The notes below the pieces were generated by a model. The model was not told the origin of the DNA. It saw nothing but the letters and a program-made list of their open reading frames with translations, and did not search any database. Made by a program: the position numbers and the translations under genes. A stretch of DNA of 64,000 nt from a virus (taxonomy: Duplodnaviria > Caudoviricetes): the IMG/VR virus record IMGVR_UViG_3300030613_000010, positions 4,353 through 68,352 of that record. One strand, written 5' to 3'. Positions 55,137-64,000 of this stretch are shown here, piece after piece. The stretch's first letter is position 1; every line of letters begins with the position of its first letter.

Positions 55137-58100
55137 GTGGCCCAGCTAGAGAAAATCGGCGTCCAGGCGACTATTGATGGCTTGCAGCCTTATCTGTCTG
55201 GCATTAAGCAGATGGACACAGCTACGGCCAACCTGGGAACTAGCCTTGGGACAAAACTCAAGGTTGGGGCAGTTGCGGCTGCTGCTAGCTTCGCTGCCGT
55301 TGGCGCTGCGGCGGTGGGCTTTGGGCTCAAGGGGCTCCGCACAGCCGACCAGATGGAGCAAATGAAGCTGGGCTTCGAGACCCTGCTCGGCTCCGCGGAT
55401 GCGGCTCAGAAGCGTATTGAAGAACTAGCTAAGTTTGCCGCCGAAACCCCATTCGAGCTTGCAGGCATATCGAAGGCTGCTCGCCTCATGGAGACCTTCG
55501 GCCTGTTCTCAATGAAGAACCTGAAGATGGTGGGCGATGCGGCAGCCGGTGTGAGCGTTGGCATCGAGGAAATCGCCTTCTGGGTAGGCCGGGCCTACAC
55601 CGCCATCCAGTCAGGTAGGCCCTTTGGTGAGGCAGCTATGCGCCTCCAGGAGTTGGGGCTTCTCTCTGGAGTGGCCCGCAACAAGATGGAGGAGATGACG
55701 AAGTCCGGCGCAAGTGCCGACGAAATCTTTGCTGCCTTGTCTGAGGAGCTGGGGCGCTTTGAAGGCCTGATGGTGAAGCAGTCCACCACCATCGGCGGTC
55801 TGCAATCCACCTTGAGTGACAACTTCAACCTGATGCTGGCGGCGATGATGCAGCCCTTCGTGTCGAAGTACAAGGCCGGTCTTGGGACTGTGATTGGGCT
55901 GATAGAGGAAAACCAGGCCAAGATAGTTGGTGCTGCCAACAAGACCATCGGGGCCATGGATACATTCTTCGGTATGATGGCCAAGGGAGTGGGGGTCGTC
56001 GCTCCTCTTGCCTCCTCTCTTCCTGTCGTTGTAGCAGGATTGGTGGCATTAGCAGCAGCATTCGCTGCAGTTCAAATAGCAGCTTTTATCAGTCAGTGGA
56101 TTGCCTTAGAGAGAGCGATGATGGTGTCTCTTGGCACCACTAGTTATCTTAGGGGTGCTGTGGCAGGGCTAGGAGCGGTCTTTTCAACGACGCAAGGCCA
56201 GATAGGGTTACTCGTCATCGCTCTTATTGCGGTAGATCAAATTGTGAAGAGACTCACCGGCAGTGGGATGCTCTCATGGCTTCGTGGCACACAGAGTGAT
56301 GCGAAGAATGCTGCGGCGATGGTTAAGTCGTATGGTGACTCCTTGGCCTTTGTTGACACCGCTATGCGGTCCGGTCTCTCTGCCACTGAGGCCCATTCGC
56401 GGGCTTTGGCTGTCTGGACACAGAAGGCAAAAGATGCGGCCAACATCCAAGCTGAGATCATAAACATAAGCGGTCCTGTGTGGGCAGCGACAGAGGCACA
56501 GGAGAACGCCTACAAGAACCTAGCCAAGAGCATCCTGGCCCTCAATCCCACTTTCCTGGAACTGTCTCGTGTCATGACGGAGGTCCCCGGTATTACGCCT
56601 TATGTGAAAGATGCGTTCAGCAAACTGCAGAGGGCCGAGATCGATCTCGCCAAGAGCACTGATGCTGTGACAGCCGCAACTACTCGCATGCATGAGGAGT
56701 TTGGTGGCATCGTAAAGGATGCTCCCAAGGTGGCCGACGCTCTGGTGGGTGTGGGCAAATCTGCAGGAGAAGTTGCAACTCAGATATCCGGGACTGATGC
56801 GGCTATCTCTGAACTCAGCAGCGTTGTCCTGCCCTTGTTGGTAGACAACCTAGAACAGTTAGAACTTCAGCGCAGGGTCAATGAACTGGAGGCGCTCAAG
56901 GAGGCGCTCGGAGAGGCCTTCGAGGACCAAGGGGAGCTAGACACGCTCAATACCAGGATAGGCCTCCTGAAACGAGTGAGTGACGAGACAGAAATCCGTC
57001 TCAAAGTCCTTGGGGAACGGCTTCGGAAAGCCTTCGGCAATGATGCAGCAGCCAAGATAGAAGAGATCATAAAGACCATCAAGGCTCTACCTGCAGAGAC
57101 AGTCGTTGAGATTCTTCCCTATCTGGACCGCATGAGCGTCCGGCAAGTTCTGGAGTTCATGTCGTATTTGACGGCTGGGGTCTCGGTGCCCGTAGCATTT
57201 GTAATGTCCGAGACAGGTACTAAGCGCGGTGTCACAACTGTTGACCGCATCTTGCAGGGTCTGCATGAAATCCGTACTGCTGCACCACGGGTCGGTCTTG
57301 ATATCGAAGACCTTATGGATAAGTACGTAAACTTTGGTAGCCAGGCGTCGGATGCAGCAGGAAGTGCTGCTGAAGCCACCGAGGACTTGATTGATCCGTT
57401 GCAGGAGATAGCGGGCCTCTTCGCCGAGCTTGCAGGCAATGTTGACACCTACACTTCGGCCCTTGATCGACTCCTCAATTTGCCTACGAGAGAGAGTGTG
57501 CAGGAGGATATTCGGCTAGCGGAGTTGCGGCTGCTGCTCTACGATCAGGAGGCTGTTGCAGAACAAGGCAAGTTAGCTCGCGAGCAGCAGATCGCTGACC
57601 TCCAAGACCGCCTAAACCAAATCCAGGGCAAGGGCAATGAGCTCCTGGAGAAGAAACTGCAGGGCCAAATTGAGAAAGTTGAAGCTGGACTTAGTCCGGC
57701 TGAGCGAGAAGCACAAGCACTTCAAGACCAAATAACTGCCATTGAAGACCAGCAGGAGAGACGGCGGCTGGTCAACGACCTCACACGGGCACAGGCTGCA
57801 GCCCTTGACCAGAGTCTTCTGACCCAGGGGGAGATCAACTACTTAGTGGCTGGACTCATTGCCAAGATTCCACAGATCACATCGGAGCAAGTGACAAACA
57901 TAACTGCTGCCTTGACCTGGTTGGGGGTGAATCAAGACATCTCGGATGTGTACGCTCGCATCTACAGTCAGCTCAAGGATATTGCTCTTCTTCAAACTAT
58001 TGTGGGAATGCCTTCGGCAATCCCTACAGGGCCTACTGGGAGTGGCTGGTCCTTTGTGAATGGCCAGTGGGTCTATGCGCCATCGATGCAAATGGGGGGC

Positions 58101-58331
58101 ATCGTGCCTGGGGCCGTTGGCCAGCCACGAATGATAATCGCCCATGGTGGGGAGATGGTCATCCCACCGAGCAAGTTAGCCCTCAACATGCCCTTGACCA
58201 TCAATCTACCAATGGGAACTGATTGGAACATAGTGAGACAGGTGGCTCATGCAGAACTAGATTCGGCGCTCAATCGAGCTAGGACTGATAGTTTCAAGGG
58301 CGGCAACTCCCTAGGATCGGGGATAGGCTGA
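55137..58331 (+). CDS. tape measure protein
   Basis: 1064 aa, Ala-rich; FETLLGS...LAKFAAETPFEL (tape-measure N-terminal domain); C-terminal MQMGG.VPG....IIAHGGE.V. Confidence 0.92.
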   Translation: MAQLEKIGVQATIDGLQPYLSGIKQMDTATANLGTSLGTKLKVGAVAAAASFAAVGAAAVGFGLKGLRTADQMEQMKLGFETLLGSADAAQKRIEELAKFAAETPFELAGISKAARLMETFGLFSMKNLKMVGDAAAGVSVGIEEIAFWVGRAYTAIQSGRPFGEAAMRLQELGLLSGVARNKMEEMTKSGASADEIFAALSEELGRFEGLMVKQSTTIGGLQSTLSDNFNLMLAAMMQPFVSKYKAGLGTVIGLIEENQAKIVGAANKTIGAMDTFFGMMAKGVGVVAPLASSLPVVVAGLVALAAAFAAVQIAAFISQWIALERAMMVSLGTTSYLRGAVAGLGAVFSTTQGQIGLLVIALIAVDQIVKRLTGSGMLSWLRGTQSDAKNAAAMVKSYGDSLAFVDTAMRSGLSATEAHSRALAVWTQKAKDAANIQAEIINISGPVWAATEAQENAYKNLAKSILALNPTFLELSRVMTEVPGITPYVKDAFSKLQRAEIDLAKSTDAVTAATTRMHEEFGGIVKDAPKVADALVGVGKSAGEVATQISGTDAAISELSSVVLPLLVDNLEQLELQRRVNELEALKEALGEAFEDQGELDTLNTRIGLLKRVSDETEIRLKVLGERLRKAFGNDAAAKIEEIIKTIKALPAETVVEILPYLDRMSVRQVLEFMSYLTAGVSVPVAFVMSETGTKRGVTTVDRILQGLHEIRTAAPRVGLDIEDLMDKYVNFGSQASDAAGSAAEATEDLIDPLQEIAGLFAELAGNVDTYTSALDRLLNLPTRESVQEDIRLAELRLLLYDQEAVAEQGKLAREQQIADLQDRLNQIQGKGNELLEKKLQGQIEKVEAGLSPAEREAQALQDQITAIEDQQERRRLVNDLTRAQAAALDQSLLTQGEINYLVAGLIAKIPQITSEQVTNITAALTWLGVNQDISDVYARIYSQLKDIALLQTIVGMPSAIPTGPTGSGWSFVNGQWVYAPSMQMGGIVPGAVGQPRMIIAHGGEMVIPPSKLALNMPLTINLPMGTDWNIVRQVAHAELDSALNRARTDSFKGGNSLGSGIG

Positions 58332-58711
58332 TGTCGTACCCCTTCGCTGGCTTCGGTGCTTTCCTCTTCCAGCGTGAAGAATGGCCGATCCACGGGACAG
58401 ATGGTGGTTGGAATCGGAGTCCCAGTATCAATCGCAGCAGACCCCTTGGCTCGGCCACCGACGACATTGTAGCCCTGGCCATTGGCTCCGCTGAACGCTC
58501 CTTTGAGTGTTACTTGACTCCTGCTCGCTATGCCTCTTTGGAGGCCTTGGTCAACACAACCGGGACCTTCGTGGACTGGGCACGGCCCACGCCCGACAGC
58601 CGCTCATCCTATCTAGCCAAGGTTACTCAAGCGGGATGGGTGGCTGTGCTTTGTGAGGATGGGCAGACCAGGCGCAAGATACGGACAAGGCTGGAATTCG
58701 TGAGTCAGTGA
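58331..58711 (+). CDS. distal tail (Dit-like) protein
   Basis: 126 aa directly after the tape measure gene. Confidence 0.55.
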   Translation: MSYPFAGFGAFLFQREEWPIHGTDGGWNRSPSINRSRPLGSATDDIVALAIGSAERSFECYLTPARYASLEALVNTTGTFVDWARPTPDSRSSYLAKVTQAGWVAVLCEDGQTRRKIRTRLEFVSQ

Positions 58712-58712
58712 T

Positions 58713-61700
58713 GTGCCGACACTTACCGAATATTACGAGGAAGTAGATGCCAAGCGGGCTAGTCACCGGGTGGTCATCGCTGGCTCTCAAGTGGCAGGTG
58801 TGCAATCTGTCTCTTGGAACTTTGCCATCGGGCAGGTCCCCTCGGCCAGCATCCGCCTGAAGAATCCCCCCTCGGCTTCCATCGCCTATTTCGCCGATGT
58901 TTACATCGAGGCTGGTTTCAACAACGTTATGCAGCGCGTGTTCACTGGCAAGGTGATGCACGTCAATCCGGATGAGCGTGGCTGCAGCATCGAGTGTGTT
59001 GGCAAGTCTTGGCCTCTCGACTTCCACTGGCACAAGGTCATCTACACCTTCAGCAGCGTCGATGCCTCGGTTGCTGTCGCTGCCTTGCTTACCCAGGCGG
59101 GCATCGCTAACTTCGAGGTCAATCTGCTTGCTTGGACCATCGGCACGGTCTGTGAGCAGACGCTGGAGTTCCAGACCTACGGCGAGGCCATTAGCAAGGT
59201 GGCAGAGGTTGATGGTGGGCGCTGGTATGAGATGCCCGACGGCACAGTCCGGGTAGAGGTCTGCGACCAGATACCGGCCCTGAATGCCTGGCGCACCTAC
59301 TTCGGTATGGAACTCACAGGCATCGCTGAGGGCTACCCAGCCGGGATAGCCGCGCCACAACGCCCACGGTTGCGCTCGGTCAAGGTTGACCAGCAGATCA
59401 GAGAGGTCAAAAACCAGGCGTTTGTCACCGGCTGTACCTACACCCAGACCAATGCCGATGGCAGCGAGGACAGCATTGAAATCAAGGGTGAGGCTCTAGC
59501 GCCTAGTCCCTGGGTCCTGGCCCCTGACGGCTCCCAGGCCTACAACGACATGAAGTTCCCCAACGAGCTTATCGACACAGCCGTCAAGGCTGGGGCAGTA
59601 GCAGCGCGCCTCGTCACCACCAAGAACCGGCTCCTTGAACACATCGGACCTATCGTCGATGGCGATCCCCAAGTCTTCCTCCGTGGAACGGTGGGCATCG
59701 AGGACCCTGGCTACTCGCGGGTCACGGGCCGCTGGTTCACCGAGGGCTATCGCACGACCCTGGATGAACGGGACTTCGCGACCAGTCTTGATCTCTATGG
59801 GGGTGTTGAGGCTGGGAGCCACGTCACCATCTGCCCGATGGCACTTTTCAGCCACGTGGGTGATCTGGAAGTCATGGGCGACCGGCTCTGGCTCGTCGTC
59901 ACTTTCGATGGGCGAGGCAGCGTTGACCCCGACGGCGGCGCACTCACCTACTCGTGGACCGACAACCAGGCACCGCCTATCGTCACTGGCACCGATCCTG
60001 TCGTCACCGTTCGGGCCGATCCCGCAACGCTGGTCACGCCCTGGGAGGTCACGCTCACCGTTACCGACTCCGACGGTTGCTCGGACGACATCACTCTGAC
60101 CATCCCGGTTGAGCCTGGTTCCGAGGACCTCTACATCCCGGCCCTCATCGCTGCCTTCGATCAATGGCTCTCGGGCTCACCTGATGGTGGACAGACTTGG
60201 AACGATGCGGCTGATCCTGGAGGCGATCCGCCGGTATTCATCAGCGCTGGGCTGAAGATCGTCACCGATGGCGTGACTTTCGGCGTAAGTTGGGGTGGTA
60301 CAAGGGCGGGGGCCATCTACAAGACGACCGACTACTGCGCCACAGCCCCGACCCTGGTCATGGCCGCTGTCGGCTCACCCATTGAGCATATCTGGCCCGA
60401 CACCAACTTCCCGCCGGATGCTTGGGCGATCACTAGGGACGGGCGACTGTACCGCTCCCAGGACGATGGCGATAACTGGGTACTTTACGATGACCTGCGG
60501 CTTGTCTTCGACCTGCCTGACATCCGCCTGAGTCGCATCGCTACACCTGCGCCTGATGGCGTCTGGGTGTTCGGCGGCGAGGGTGTGGCACCTGGCCCAC
60601 TGATAGCCTTCGACCCAACACGGAGCCATGCCTGGGCGAAGGCGGTGATAGGCGGAGAACTGGCGGCAGACCTGGGCGGTAGCGGAGGATTTGCCCCGGT
60701 AGGAGTGGTAGGTGCTCAGTCATTTTCAGCCGATTATGAGTTCCTGCGTCATGACCCCGGCGACTGGGTAGAGCAAAGTGCTACGGCTCCCGCTTCTGGC
60801 CGGTATTGCTGGATCAAGAACTTGAACGGGACGCTCTTCAGGCTCAACTGTTCGGTGGGTGGCAACCTTGGCAAGATTTCAGGTAGCCTCCAGCGTTCTC
60901 CAGATGATGGCGTCACATGGACAGAAGTCTTTGCTGGTGATGTGGCGGGCCAGATAGGGATCATCGACTTCGACAGAGCTGCCGACGGCACACTCTGGGC
61001 TGTCTGGGGCCACTGGACGCTCAGTCTAGGCAAGCCGAGGGTCTACAAGTCCATCAATGATGGGCTGACCTGGACACAGGTCTATGAGTTATCGCTCACC
61101 AACTACTTCCCGGTAAGCATTGCGTGCCATCCCACTGACCCGCTGAAGATAGCCTTCATCTGCCGCTACTATTCGACTCCATTTAACGCCAGGTTGGGCT
61201 ACACCGTGAATGGCGGCGGTGCATGGACAGAAGTGGACTGCGGCTGGTACTACCTTGCCTCAAACACATGGTGGAATCAGCTCATCTGGGGCGACAGCGA
61301 CAGGTTGATGGCCACTAACAACAATACCACCAGTATGGTCCGCATCAGCGACGATTTTGGCGTGACCTGGACCGTGCAGCTCACCATTGCTGATACGGCT
61401 GTGAACTTCGCCCAGATAGTGCGTGGCACTTCTGTATCCGAATACTTCCTACTCCGGTATGTAGCAGCTACACCCTTTGGTTACATCGCAAGGTCTACTG
61501 ACAATGGCTGGACGTGGAATGCGACGTGGATGGGATTGCTTGCGGATGTCGGCTTTGGCGCTAGCGGCTATGCTCTGGCCTATGACAACTACGCAGACAG
61601 GCTCTATGTCGGCAGGTCCTCTACTCCTCTTGCACCAGGAGCCGTAGTAAAGACCTGGAACGTAACCGAGGGTTGGCTGGATATCACCGACGACATTGCC

Positions 61701-63518
61701 ACCGAGTTCGGCCTAGAGAATATGGGGCAGGGTTTTCTCTGCTCTCCAACAGCCAGCGGTACTCCCCCTGCTCCCGCCGACATCTACGTCCGCGAGGCTG
61801 CCTCCCGCGAGGCGGACGAGCTGGCCATCATTCTCGACAGTGACAGCCACACGCCTGCTGTCTACTACACCTGGGACATCCTCTCGGCCGACGGCGCAGA
61901 GTGGTCGCGTTGCGTGGATTGCCCTGCTAAGCCGCATGGTCGCTGGATCGCGCCTGATCTGGAGTTTGGCCTCTTCTGCTTCGCCTTCAATGACAACATC
62001 AACTACCGAGGCGACGTTGATCCGGTAACGGGCATCATGACGGCCACGGTTGCCCCCGGCCAGCTGGGTGCAGGCTACGAGGCAGAGCACGGCGTCTGGA
62101 TCGGCAACCTCATCGGTGGCATGGCGGGCTGTTACATCGTGGCCGCCCTTGATGGAGCGGGCGCTGTTGACGGTTTCCTCTACAAGACGTGGGATCGCTT
62201 CGAGACTAACCCAGTTGAGCTGCTGCGACCGGCTGCTGGCTTCCCCGCTGCGCCTGCCGGGGCCAGGGGCTACATGGTGGCCTTCGAGGGACAAGGGAGC
62301 GGAGGGGGACCGCCGCCACATCTGTGGGAAGCATTGCCGATCGCCATTGTTCACGACGTAGGCGGCGCTACCACCTGGGACATCTCTTACCCTGAGTCTG
62401 ATTACTCTGAGTGGCTGGACGTAGCCCTGCCAGCCAATGTGACCAATGTCCGTCCTCGGCCCCACTGCCTGACCCCTCTTCTATGGTTTGTAGCCAACAT
62501 TCCCGGTTTCCCACGTCCTGATTCGCCTGAATGCAACCGGCAGATGGCTAGGAGTCAAGATGGTGGTGCGACATGGGACTCTATCGCAGTTGGTGATGAG
62601 ACTTGCATCACAGATCGCAGCTCTTCAGGTGACGAAATAAACCACTTTTCGCGCATAGTCCGAGATGCCGGTGGTAGGCTTTGGGCTGCGAGACAGCGGG
62701 GGACGAATAATACTCATCCTATCCGCTGCGAGGTCTGGTATTCCGATGATGATGGTGACAACTGGACTCTTAGTACCACATTAACCTCGGCAGGGACAAA
62801 CCAATTTTGTATAGCTCTATTGGCGCATCCAACAAATCAAGCAGTCATCGCTTTGGTGTCTGCCTGTGTGTCTGGGGTAATAAGTGATAATCGGGTAGTC
62901 ATTCACTATACTGCTGATCGTGGCGCATCATGGACAACCAATGCTCCCACTGTTGCTAGTGGTAACAACTTCGCCCACACAGAAAACGGTCAAGCAAGCC
63001 GACACATGATGCTGCCGAATGGCCGTCTGGTGATTGTGAATCGTGAGTTTACTTCCGACTGGTTCAAAATCTACACGTCGGATAACTATGGGCTTACGTG
63101 GCAACTCCGTTACACCGAGACACTTGCCAATGAAGATTCTATGCTGCTCTTCCGCCAGGGTCAGTGGCTAGCGAATGGCGTGCATCTCGTTGGTCTCCGG
63201 GTGCCAGTGTCCTCAGGCGTTGCCGGGATGTTTGCCGTCATGGAATCGGTGAACGCAGGGAACACATGGACCGCGCGGGTCCTGTCCGAGCCGCCCAATC
63301 CTGTCTATGGGAACAACTGGGATGCGGTCTATGACTCAGCACACGATGCGTTCTATGTCCAGAATGGGGATCGAGGGACACCAGGAACGAATCGAGTCCT
63401 GCGCTTGCAGAATGCCACAAATGGTGGGGACACTTGGGAGGAGTTTACTGGTGATCTTCCTTGGGTGAACCCAAGTAACATGCACTGGGAGGGGATCGCG
63501 TTGATCCCATCATTCTAG
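58713..63518 (+). CDS. baseplate hub/tail-tip protein with PKD-like domain and Asp-box beta-propellers
   Basis: Hub-like N-terminus; FDGRGS.DPDG..LTYSW...VTLTVTD; about ten S.D.G.TW repeats. Confidence 0.8.
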   Translation: MPTLTEYYEEVDAKRASHRVVIAGSQVAGVQSVSWNFAIGQVPSASIRLKNPPSASIAYFADVYIEAGFNNVMQRVFTGKVMHVNPDERGCSIECVGKSWPLDFHWHKVIYTFSSVDASVAVAALLTQAGIANFEVNLLAWTIGTVCEQTLEFQTYGEAISKVAEVDGGRWYEMPDGTVRVEVCDQIPALNAWRTYFGMELTGIAEGYPAGIAAPQRPRLRSVKVDQQIREVKNQAFVTGCTYTQTNADGSEDSIEIKGEALAPSPWVLAPDGSQAYNDMKFPNELIDTAVKAGAVAARLVTTKNRLLEHIGPIVDGDPQVFLRGTVGIEDPGYSRVTGRWFTEGYRTTLDERDFATSLDLYGGVEAGSHVTICPMALFSHVGDLEVMGDRLWLVVTFDGRGSVDPDGGALTYSWTDNQAPPIVTGTDPVVTVRADPATLVTPWEVTLTVTDSDGCSDDITLTIPVEPGSEDLYIPALIAAFDQWLSGSPDGGQTWNDAADPGGDPPVFISAGLKIVTDGVTFGVSWGGTRAGAIYKTTDYCATAPTLVMAAVGSPIEHIWPDTNFPPDAWAITRDGRLYRSQDDGDNWVLYDDLRLVFDLPDIRLSRIATPAPDGVWVFGGEGVAPGPLIAFDPTRSHAWAKAVIGGELAADLGGSGGFAPVGVVGAQSFSADYEFLRHDPGDWVEQSATAPASGRYCWIKNLNGTLFRLNCSVGGNLGKISGSLQRSPDDGVTWTEVFAGDVAGQIGIIDFDRAADGTLWAVWGHWTLSLGKPRVYKSINDGLTWTQVYELSLTNYFPVSIACHPTDPLKIAFICRYYSTPFNARLGYTVNGGGAWTEVDCGWYYLASNTWWNQLIWGDSDRLMATNNNTTSMVRISDDFGVTWTVQLTIADTAVNFAQIVRGTSVSEYFLLRYVAATPFGYIARSTDNGWTWNATWMGLLADVGFGASGYALAYDNYADRLYVGRSSTPLAPGAVVKTWNVTEGWLDITDDIATEFGLENMGQGFLCSPTASGTPPAPADIYVREAASREADELAIILDSDSHTPAVYYTWDILSADGAEWSRCVDCPAKPHGRWIAPDLEFGLFCFAFNDNINYRGDVDPVTGIMTATVAPGQLGAGYEAEHGVWIGNLIGGMAGCYIVAALDGAGAVDGFLYKTWDRFETNPVELLRPAAGFPAAPAGARGYMVAFEGQGSGGGPPPHLWEALPIAIVHDVGGATTWDISYPESDYSEWLDVALPANVTNVRPRPHCLTPLLWFVANIPGFPRPDSPECNRQMARSQDGGATWDSIAVGDETCITDRSSSGDEINHFSRIVRDAGGRLWAARQRGTNNTHPIRCEVWYSDDDGDNWTLSTTLTSAGTNQFCIALLAHPTNQAVIALVSACVSGVISDNRVVIHYTADRGASWTTNAPTVASGNNFAHTENGQASRHMMLPNGRLVIVNREFTSDWFKIYTSDNYGLTWQLRYTETLANEDSMLLFRQGQWLANGVHLVGLRVPVSSGVAGMFAVMESVNAGNTWTARVLSEPPNPVYGNNWDAVYDSAHDAFYVQNGDRGTPGTNRVLRLQNATNGGDTWEEFTGDLPWVNPSNMHWEGIALIPSF

Positions 63519-63519
63519 G

Positions 63520-64000
63520 ATGCCCGCTGAACTCCAGAAGCTAGAAGACCTCCTCGTCCTTCATGACCGCTGGATACGGGCGCTCAGGACGTGGAAAGAG
63601 GCTGTCTCAGCGGGCACAACCATCAAGGGCACTTCTATCCCAATCATCCCCACGGTCGCAGCTCCCTCGGTGGGTGCTGTCTCCCGGTGGGAGAACCAGA
63701 GCGGGGCGCAGCGAGATCAAGGCACGGTTGTTATCTGGAACGGTGATCGCACATTCGGCGTGACCAACATCGTCGATGACCTGGATGTGATTGGTGTCCT
63801 CGATGAGGATGCCATCGGGGTGGGGGCGGATGGGAAGGTGCGCCACGTCGGTTACCAGTCGGTTGTGCTGGTGCAGGGCAATGTGGCAGTAGGCAACTAT
63901 CTGCGGGCCTCAGCGACCACCACGAGGGCTGAGGATGCAGGTGCAACCCCATCTATCGGCTCTTTTGGTGTGGCCTTGACTGTTTATGGTGGTGGGGGAG
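63520..64000 (+). CDS. tail-region protein, truncated by the window end (not in ORF track)
   Basis: Open frame MPAELQKLEDLL... with no stop before base 64000. Confidence 0.7.
   Translation, partial: MPAELQKLEDLLVLHDRWIRALRTWKEAVSAGTTIKGTSIPIIPTVAAPSVGAVSRWENQSGAQRDQGTVVIWNGDRTFGVTNIVDDLDVIGVLDEDAIGVGADGKVRHVGYQSVVLVQGNVAVGNYLRASATTTRAEDAGATPSIGSFGVALTVYGGGG

Noticed and set aside
58713-63518. Diversity-generating retroelement targeting the tail gene
   Set aside because: No reverse transcriptase, and no template/variable repeat pair seen.
1-64000. Integrase/att site, DatZ dATPase and spanins
   Set aside because: No recognisable motifs in the window; they could lie outside it or be too diverged to see by eye.

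Overview
The window is most of a GC-rich, long-tailed dsDNA bacteriophage genome, circularly permuted. It opens in the tail/lysis region (1-2924). A leftward replication/recombination and early-gene block follows (2963-12422), then a divergent promoter region. Next is a rightward DNA-metabolism block (12852-20428: RusA, family A polymerase, PurZ-like synthetase, DNA methyltransferases, class II RNR). A leftward array of small accessory genes (20346-29232) precedes the rightward morphogenesis operon (29848-64000: terminase, portal, MuF, protease/scaffold, capsid, a sugar-biosynthesis/glycosyltransferase island, tail). I saw no integrase, tRNA or CRISPR array. Main points: (1) two complete hammerhead ribozymes flank one small early ORF, followed by a repeated anti-SD leader element; (2) a PurZ0-like gene sits next to a polymerase with an atypical motif B and between two broken methyltransferase genes; (3) a repeated K..RD..GRF..GGG tag precedes four unrelated cargo domains (one ART-like, one ParB-like) in head genes; (4) a PseB/PseC/PseH-like nucleotide-sugar pathway plus six glycosyltransferase domains lies inside the virion operon; (5) a transglycosylase gene appears overprinted by two ORFs, and several genes seem to need non-canonical starts. 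Product calls come from manual motif recognition, not database searches.
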